58,183 nt of DNA, taken from IMG/VR virus record IMGVR_UViG_3300034069_000553, positions 1 through 58,183 of that record. One strand, given 5' to 3'. The DNA is from a virus. Below the pieces are notes generated by a model. That model was not told the origin of the DNA and made no database searches. It worked only from the letters and a program-made list of their open reading frames with translations. Numbering within the stretch: position 1 is the first letter of the stretch; every line of letters begins with the position of its first letter. Shown here piece by piece: positions 1-9,000 of the stretch. The translations under genes and the position numbers were made by a program.

Positions 1-28
1 AGCAGCCGGCGGCTGGCGGCGGCGCGGC
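1..28. repeat. terminal direct repeat, copy 1 (circular-assembly overlap or short terminal redundancy)
   Basis: nt 1-28 agcagccggcggctggcggcggcgcggc are identical to 58156-58183. Confidence 0.95.
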
Positions 29-3000
29 GGCGGACTTCGCCGCGCGCACGGCGCAGGTGGAGAGCGGCGGGAACGCGGCGGCGCGCAACTCGCAGTCGTC
101 GGCGGCTGGCGCGCATCAGTTCGTCAGCAAGACGTGGCTGGGGCTGATGCGTAAGCACCGCGCCAAACAGACGGCGGGAATGAGCGACGAGCAAGTGCTG
201 GCGCTCCGCGACAATCCGATCGTGTCGGCGCAGATGGCCGGCATCTACGCACAGGAGAATGCGCGCGCGCTGACCAAGCGCGGCCACAAGGCCGACAACG
301 GCACGCTGTACCTGTCGCACTTCTTGGGCTCGGGCGGCGCCAACGCAGTGCTGGACGCCAACCCGAACACGCCCGTCGAGCAAATCCTTGAGCCAGGCCA
401 GATCGCGGCGAACAAGTCGGTGCTGGCGGGCAAGACGGCCGGGCAGGTGATTGCTTGGGCATACGGGAAAATGAATACGCAGCCCGGTGCCGCGCCGTCT
501 TCGCGCCCCGTTCCGGAAGATGCTTCGGAGATCGAAACGCCCGAGCGGAAGGATCGCGAGACGGTCAGCGAGTTCATGTCGCGCGTGCTCGGCGACGAGA
601 ACGAGGACGGCACCGGGCTTGAACAAGCGGACGATTCCGGCGATGATGCTGGTTCCGGCGCTGCACCGTCTGTAACCCCGGAGTCGGCGGCCAGCAGCGT
701 GGCGCCGGCTCCTTCGCCACCAGCCGCACCAGCGCCGCGCGCACCAACCGGCGATCTGTACGAGCAAGCCCGCGCCCTTGTCACCGAAGCTGGCAAGGGT
801 TCGCCCTCCTACATCGGCCGCAAGCTGGGTATCCCGCAGTCCGAAGCAACCGCATTGCTCGATCGTATGGCGAACAATGGCGTGGTGCAGCCCCGCGACG
901 GGGCCGGCTCCTATCCTTTGGTGTCTTCTGCCGCTGCCGCCCCGGCGCAGGCAGAAACGGGCAAGCGCATTACCGGCTTGCGCTCGTTTGTCCATGGCTC
1001 TCCACGCGAGGACCTGACGCTTGCCGACATTACCACCGACCCGCGCGATACCAAGCAGGGATCAGGAAAGAAGAGCAAGTTCGGCGGCTTCTACGTCAGC
1101 GACACGAAGGACATCGCGCACGCCGAGGGCTATGCGGGTATGGGCCAAGGCGGCAAGGGCGCGGTCTATGACGTAAACCTGAAGCCGGATGCCGTGGTCG
1201 AAGAGATCGGCGGCGACATCACCCGGTTCAGCGCCGACCGCATCGCCGGGTTCCGCGCGCGCGGCGTCGATGTGGTGCGCGGCCGCGATCCCCGCGGCCG
1301 TACCGAAACAGTGGTCATCAACAAGGAAGCAATCGAGAGCCTTGCTCGCCGTGCTGGTGATCCCGTCGCCACCGCCGCGCCGAAAGCTCCGGTACAGGAT
1401 CGCAGCGTTGCGATCGTCATGGACCCGACCGCCGGCACCACGACGACCGTGCCTGTCGGGGTACAAGAGCGCGATCAGCTGGCGGCACCCACAGGCAATC
1501 TTCGCGAGCGCGCCGAGCGCGTAGGGCTGACTCGGACTCCGGTGGAAAGCACCGATGCGTTTGTTGGACGGGTGGAGGCGGCCGAAGCAACGGCCCAGGC
1601 AACGGCCACCGTCGAGGACATGCCATCCGGCAAGTCGATCATCATCAAGGGCGCGACCGACGCGCAGCTCGCCGCGGTCAAGGCCGCGATTCCAAAGGCG
1701 CAGCCCCTGACGCCGAAGAGCGGCGGTGTGGTCTATAGCAAGAAGTACGAGGCAGAAGTGCGCGCTGCACTTGCCAGCGATATCGACCCGCCCAAGGCGG
1801 AGAAGCCTGTCGAGCAGCGCCGCGCCGATATGCGTGTCAGCGACGAGCTGCCCGGCGGCATGAAGGTGGAAGACGCGGCGCGGGTTGCGCGCGAGCGGGA
1901 TAAGGCGCCGCGCCAAGTGGCAGAGGCGGAGCCAGAAGAGCAAAAGCCTGAGACGGTGACAGAACCTGTCACCCCTCCCTCCGCTGACGACAAGCCTGAG
2001 TCCCCAAAGGACGGCAAAGCCAAGGGGTACGGTGCCGGTAACAAGTTCTTCAGCGCCGATGCGGCCGAGCGCGCTCGCGCCACGCTGCGCGAGAAGATGC
2101 GGAACCTCAACAGCGGGTTCGACCCTGAGACGGCCGCCGCCGGTCTGACGCTGATGGGGTTCCACATCGAGGCGGGCGCGCGATCGTTCATCGCCGCAGC
2201 CAAGGCGGTGTCGGCTGATCTCGGCGTGTCTCCGTCACAGCTCAAGGGTTCGTTGCGCTCGTGGTATTCCAGCGCGCAGGCGTGGTTCGAGGACAACAGC
2301 GTAAGCACTGACGGCATGGATGACGCCATGACTGTTCGGGCACTCTTGGGCAGCATTCAGGATTGGGGTAGTAGCGTCACTACGGATGGCGCGCAGGAGA
2401 CGGATGATGGACTTCAAGGGACCGTATCTGGAAGCGATGCGCGATCAGGCGCCCGCGATGTTCAATCGGCTGAACCGAACGGGAGCGCTGGACAAGTTCG
2501 TGCAGGATCGGAGCGTGGAAGCGCACGAGCTGTACGAGAAGCTGACGAAAGGCGAGGCGCGGACGCAGAGCGGAGTGGTGATCGACCCGCAAGCCCGGCA
2601 GAACGCGGAGGAACAGGTGCGAGCCGTGATGCTGGACTTCCCGAGCCCGCTAACGGACGGCCAGCAACCAGCCGGGTAGCGGTGACAAACTACGTCATCG
2701 AGCCCGGCGCGCTGGCTGAATCGCGCGGGCCGAAGGCGAAGGCGCGCGACAACATTGCCGCGATCGAGACTGCGAAGCGCTTGGCCGCCGAGGGCCGGCC
2801 GGCGATCGGCGAAGAGCAGGCGGTGCTGGCGCGCTATGTCGGCTGGGGCGGTCTGAAGAACGTGTTTCCCGATGGGCAGGGAACGTTCGGCAAGGGGTTC
2901 GAGGACATTGGCCGCCAGCTCAAGGAGCTGCTGACCGCAGAAGAATACGACACGGCGCGCCGGTCGATCCAATATGCGCATTACACGAGCGAGGATATCG

Positions 3001-6000
3001 TCCGTGCCATGTGGAGCGGCGCGCAGGCGCTGGGCTTCAAGGGCGGCACCGTCTTTGAGCCTGGCATGGGCACCGGGAACTTCGTCGGCATGATGCCACG
3101 GGAGTTGGGCGCTGCCACGCGCTACAGCGGAATTGAGATGGACGGCATCACCGCTTCCATCGCCCGCGCGCTGTATCCGCAGAGCGGGGTGCAGCTGGCG
3201 GACTACACTCGCTACGATGCGCCGCGCGATGCGTTCGACCTTGTGATCGGCAACCCGCCGTTCTCCGAAACGGTGGTCAAGGCGGACGCGGCCTACAAGG
3301 CGCAGGGGTTCGTGCTGCACGATTACTTCTTTGCCAAGAGCCTCGACAGCGTAAAGCCCGGCGGCCTGCTGATGTTCGTCACCAGCGCCGGCACCATGAA
3401 CAAGCTGAACACCAAGGCGCGCGAGTATCTGGCCGACCGTGCCGATCTCGTGGGTGCTATTCGCCTGCCAGGCGACGCCTTCGAGGAAAACGCAGGCACG
3501 AGCGTGACGACCGATATCGTGGTTCTGCGCAAGCGGGCGGCGGGCGAGGCGCGTGGCGATGCCTCGTGGACCGAGACGACGGCGATGGACCTACGGAACC
3601 GTGACGGTGGCACCAGCACCGGCAATGTCAGCCGCTACTTCGCCGACAACCCGGAGCAGGTGCTCGGCGAACAGGGCATGTTCGACACCCTTGTTGCGGG
3701 CGAACGCTATGCCGTGCGCCGCGATCGTGGCGACAACCAGCCTTTCGCCGAGAAGCTGGCCGCGGCGATGGATCGGATCACCACCCGCACGATCGCCGAC
3801 ACCGCGCCCACGGCGCAAGCTCCCGCCGATCTCGACTTCAGCAGCGACGAGAAGAAGAGCGGCACGTTCTATCTCGGGGCAGACGGCACGCTGTTCCAGC
3901 AGCAAGGAAGTGTCGGGCGCCCGGTTGCCGGCCGGGCCAAGGGCGAGAAGGGCGGCATTGCCGCGGGCGATCAGGAGAAGATCAAGCAACTCGTTCCGAT
4001 CCGGGATTCCTTGCGCGCTATCTACCGCGCCGACCTTTCGCAGAACACAAAGGCGGCGGACGAAGCACGCGCCGAACTGAACGCCGCATACGATGCGTTC
4101 GTGAAGAAGCATGGCCCAATCAACAAGGGCGTGTTCACGCGGCGGAAGCCGTCTCGCGTTCAGATCGAGAGCGCACGGCGCAAGGCGCGGGAGGAAGCGC
4201 GCGCGCGCGGCTTCGAGTGGAGCGACGGCACTTTCGACGCTGAGCGCATGTTCGATGAAGGCGCGACCGTCGCCCAAGTCGCGGCATCGCGTGAGGCCGC
4301 GCGCGAGGAATATGCGCGCCGCGGCGATGCTTGGAGCGATGGCACCTTCGATCCCACCGATGTGCCCGACACGATCATCGAGAAGCGTCCCAACATCGAC
4401 GCCTTCATGGACGACCCGGAGTCCTACCGGCTGCGCTCCATCGAGCACTACAACGATGCGACCGGCGAGGCGGCCAAGGGGCCGGTGTTCACGCAGAACG
4501 TGGTTTCGCGCAAGGCGGCGCCCACCATCAAGAACGCGGTTGATGCGCTTTACCATTCGCTGAACCTGACGGGGCGTGTGGACATCGACATGATTGCGCG
4601 CGCCGCCGGGATCAGTCCGTCCGACGCCATTGACCAGCTTGCGGGCCAGATTTTCCAGACGCCTGAAGGAGGATGGGAGCCGGCCGCAAAGTACCTGTCG
4701 GGTAACGTGCGCCAGAAGCTGCTGGCGGCAGAGCAGGCCGCAGACCGTGACCCGGCGTTCCGCGGCAACGTGGACGCGCTGCGCGCAGCCATCCCCCGCG
4801 ATCTTGGCAAGACGGACGTGCGCGCCACGCTGGGCATGAACTGGATTGACGCCAGCTATGTGCAGAAGTTCGGCACCGAGGCGCTGGGGCTCGCCAACAT
4901 GGCGGTGGCCTATCAGCCGGTGCTCGCCACTTGGATCGTCACCGGCGATAGCTACTCGGCGGCTTCCCGTTCGACTTGGGGTACCGATCGCCGCTCTGCG
5001 GTGGAACTGGTGGACGACGCGCTGAACGGCAAGAGCCCGAAAATCTACGACACGTTCCGCAACGCCGATGGCGGCACTTCGTCGGTGCTCAACCAAGAAG
5101 CGACGCAGGCCGCAACGGACAAGCTGCTCGCGATCAAGGAGAAGTTCCGCGAGTGGATTTGGTCGGACGATGCGCGCGCCACGAAACTGCTGCGCCGATA
5201 CAACGACAGTTTCAACAACCTGGTCGCGCCGGAATATGACGGCTCTTACCTGACCACACCGGGCATCTATGCCGGTTGGAGCTGGCGCCCGCACCAGACG
5301 GCGGTGATCGCGCGGATCATTCAAGAGGGCAACACCTACATGGCTCACGCCGTTGGCGCGGGCAAAACCTCCGCGATGATCGGCGCGGGCATGGAGATGA
5401 AGCGGCTGGGGCTGGTCAACAAGCCAATGTACGTGGTGCCGAACCACATGCTCGCGCAGTTCACCAAGGAGTTCTACGAGCAGTATCCCACCGCGCGCAT
5501 CATGGTGGCCGACGACGATCGCAACTTCGTGACCGATCGCCGCAAGCAGTTCATCTCGGACATGGCGTTGGCCGATCTCGATGCGGTCATCATCAAGCAC
5601 TCCGCATTCGGCCTGCTGCCGCTCTCGCACGAGTTTCAGGAGAAGATGCTGTCGGAGCATCTCAATGAGCTGCGTGACACGCTGGCGGCCATCAAGGCGG
5701 ACAAGGGCGGGGACAACCGCATCACCCGCCGCCGCGTAGAGCAGCAGATCGAGCAGGCCGAACAGCGCTACCTCGCCGCGACGGACAGCAAGCGGAAGGA
5801 CCAGACCTTCACGTTCGAGGAAACCGGCGTCGATTTCCTGTTCGTTGACGAGGCTCACCTGTTCCGCAAACTGGACTTCGCCACCGGACGCGGCGACGTG
5901 AAGGGCATCGATCCGCAAGGCTCCATGCGCTCGATGGACCTGTTCCTGAAGACGCGCCTCCTTGAGCAGCGCCGGCCAGGCCGCAGCCATGTGCTCGCGT

Positions 6001-9000
6001 CGGGTACCGCCATCACGAACACAATGGCCGAGCTGTATTCGATCAGCCGCTACCTCCAGCCAGAGACGCTGGCCGAGCGCGGCATTGACCGTTTTGACGC
6101 TTGGGCAAGCGGCTTCGGCGACACCATTACCGATCTCGAACCGACTGCCGGCGGCACTTACAAGCCGGTGACCCGGTTCAGCCAGTTCGTGAACGTGCCA
6201 GAGTTGTCGGCGATGGTGCGCCAGATCATGGACGTGGTGACGCCCGAGCAGCTCGAACAGTATGTCGTGCGCCCGGCCGTGCGTAACCACATGGTCGTCG
6301 TGCCGGAATCCTCCGGTCAGGCTGCTTACCGCGCCGAACTTCAGGCGCGCATGACAGCAATCGAGAACCGCAAGGGCAAGCCCAACAAGGGTGACGATAT
6401 CATGCTGTCCGTCATCAACGACGGGCGCAACGCGGCGATCGACATGCGGCTCGTGGACCCCTCGCACGAGGAAGAGCACACGAAGCTGATGGAGGCGATC
6501 GAGAACGTGCATCGCGTCTGGGGGGAAACCAAGCGTCACCCGTTCTACGAAATCGAAAAGGGAGCGGACGGCGCGCGCGGGCGCTACCGGGACGAGCCTG
6601 CCTTCTATGCGCCGGCGGCGCAGATGGTGTTCGCCAGCCGCGGCGTGGGCGCGGATCGCAAGTTCAACGTCCATCGGTTCATCAAGGACGAGCTGGTCAA
6701 GCGAGGGGTTCCCGCCGATCAGATCGTGATCTTCAACGCGCTCAAGAACGACGTGGCAAAGCAGCGCGTGTTCAACGACATGAAGGAGGGCAAGGTCCGC
6801 ATCCTGCTGGGCTCGGTGGACAAGATGGGCACCGGCGTGAACGCGCAGCGGCTGCTGGTGGCCAACCACAACATGGACCCGGAATGGCTCCCCTCGTCGG
6901 ACGAGCAGCGTAATGGCCGCATCATCCGCCAGGGCAACATGAACAAGTCGGTCGATATCTACAATTATTCGACCAAGGGCACATACGACTCCGCGATGTG
7001 GGGCATGATGGGTCGCAAGGCGAAGTTCATCGAGGGGTTCTTCCGGGGCGATCCCACGCTGCGCGACATGGAAGACTTGGGCGAAGCGTCGAAGTACGAG
7101 CAGGCCAAGGCGCTGACCACGCGCGACCCGCGCATTCTTGTGCTGACCGAGGCCAAGCAGGAACTGGAAAAGGAACTGCGCCGACAGAGCGCCTACGAAA
7201 GCGAGATCGCAACTGCGCGCGCGGAAGCGGCCAACTCCGAGCTCTGGGCCAACCGCTTGGAGCAGAGCATCGCACACGAGAAGGCGGACGTTGCGCAGGG
7301 GCAGGATATTTCCGGCGATGCGTTCCGCGCAAAGGTTGGCGACGAAGAGTTCACCGAGCGCGCCCTTTTCCAAAAGGCGCTGGACACGGCCATGGAGCCG
7401 GCCGAGCGCGAGGGGGTCGAGGTTGTCGGCGAGATCGGCGGTTTCGAGCTGGCACGCTCCACGTTCCCGGTCACCGACTTCGAGGAAGGGCGCAAGCGCG
7501 TCACCATGAAGTCGGAACTGGTGCTCCTGCTGAACGGCGACAGCCAGGCGGGGGAGCGGCGATACAAGAAAATCGCGAAGACAAGTGCAGCGGCCAGCGC
7601 GGCCGACTTCATCCGCAAGCTGGATTCGGTGGTCGCCGACACGCAGCAGCGCATCGATCAGCAACGTCAGCGTGCGGCCGAGTTCGCCGAGCGCGGCGCC
7701 ACGACCGCGGCGTACAAGGGCGAGGCTCGCATTGCCGAACTAGAGCAGCAGGTCGCCAGCATCGAAAAGGAACTGCGCGACGAAACGGCAGCGGCCGAAG
7801 CGTCGAAGCAAGGTGCAGCACAGCAGAAGTCGGAAGAGGGCGACAAGCCCAAATATTCGCTGATGAGCACGGACGAGCCGGCCTACCGCAGTGGCGACGG
7901 CAATCCCGGCGACTATGACGCCGGCAATCTTGCAGCTGATCGCGCCAACTTGGTGGACCGGCTGAAAGCGCTGGGGATCAGCGACAAGGTAACACTGCGC
8001 GTCGTTGAGCTGATCCAGAACGAGCCGCGCTATGCCGGGCAATACTGGCGCCGGGTAATCACCATCGCTACGCAGTCGATGGCAGAGGACACGGCGTTCA
8101 CCCTCGATCACGAGGCGGTTCATGCGATGAAGGAACTGGGCCTGTTCCGTGATGCGGAGTGGACCGCGCTGAAGAAGGATGCTTTGGCGGACACGGCCAT
8201 GATGGACAACATTCGCCGTCGCTATGCCAACATGGGTCTGAGCGAAGAAGACCTGATCGAAGAGGCTGTCGCCGATCGCTTCGCCCGCTGGCGTCAAGGT
8301 CGTGAGGAATCGGGCTTCGCGCGGGCGGCGTTCCAGCGCATCATGGACTTGCTCTCGGCTCTGCGCCGCCTGTTCAGCAAGGGGCCGACCGGCGGCGGCA
8401 CGTTCCGCGCAATGGAGAGCGGCAAAATCGGGTCGCGCTCCGATCTCGACAACAATGCCGGGCCGCGATTTGCGGTCACCGATTCACAGCAAAGTGCGGA
8501 TTTCAAGGCTTGGTTTGGTGACAGTAAAGTGACCGATGCGAACGGCAATCCTTTAGTGGTGTATCATGGGACGAATGCCGACGTGGCGATTTTTGGTAAC
8601 GTTGGCGGCAATTTTCCCGGCCAATCGCAAGGGTTTTATTTCTCCGACAGCCCGCGCCGCGCCGGCATGTATGCTGACCGAGACAATGCCATGGAGCGAT
8701 GGAATCCGGCTTCCAGATACGCCAAGCCGGTGGTCAGCGGGGCGAACATCACCCCCGTATATCTTTCGATCCAGAACCCGCGGGCGATTGTTGGCGAGTG
8801 GGCATCAGCGGAAGCATTCGCTGATGCCAATGGCGGAGAAGTGGTGCGCAAGGCGCGCGAGGATGGGCACGATGGAGTGATCGTCACCAACACCGCGTAC
8901 GATGATCCTATGCACGTCTATGTTGCCTTCAATCCTGCGCAGGTAAAATCTGCAATTGGCAATTCTGGGACGTTCGACAGCCGCAACCCTGACATTCGTT

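Noticed and set aside
1-28. End repeat as a prophage att site or transposon terminal repeat
   Set aside because: The repeat lies inside an ORF that continues seamlessly in frame across the join, and no integrase or transposase is present. An assembly overlap or terminal redundancy fits better.
2368-2383. Small hairpin gtagt-agcgtc-actac as a terminator between putative cistrons
   Set aside because: It has only a 5-bp stem and no T-tract, too weak to call. It is mentioned only as context for the frame-switch finding.
3591-7664. 1,357-aa minus-strand ORF. Similar long antisense ORFs: 1062..2165, 8805..10175, 10494..11693, 39419..40426, 41685..43730, 43793..45319, 45507..47114, 54291..55571 and 56442..57815.
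   Set aside because: These are shadow ORFs typical of high-GC DNA. They have Arg/Ala/Gly/His/Leu-rich composition and no motifs. Each lies opposite a plus-strand frame carrying clear catalytic or structural motifs and G/C-ending codons.
6998-7918. Plus-strand alternative-frame ORFs inside the giant gene (487..675, 778..1017, 1189..1524, 3553..4080, 4111..4563, 6998..7918, 8302..8532, 9119..9520 and others).
   Set aside because: They are Arg/Ala/Gly/Pro-rich junk translations without SD-plus-ATG signals. The overlapping frame 0 keeps its motifs and codon bias. Only 2386/2404..2679 behaves differently and was kept.
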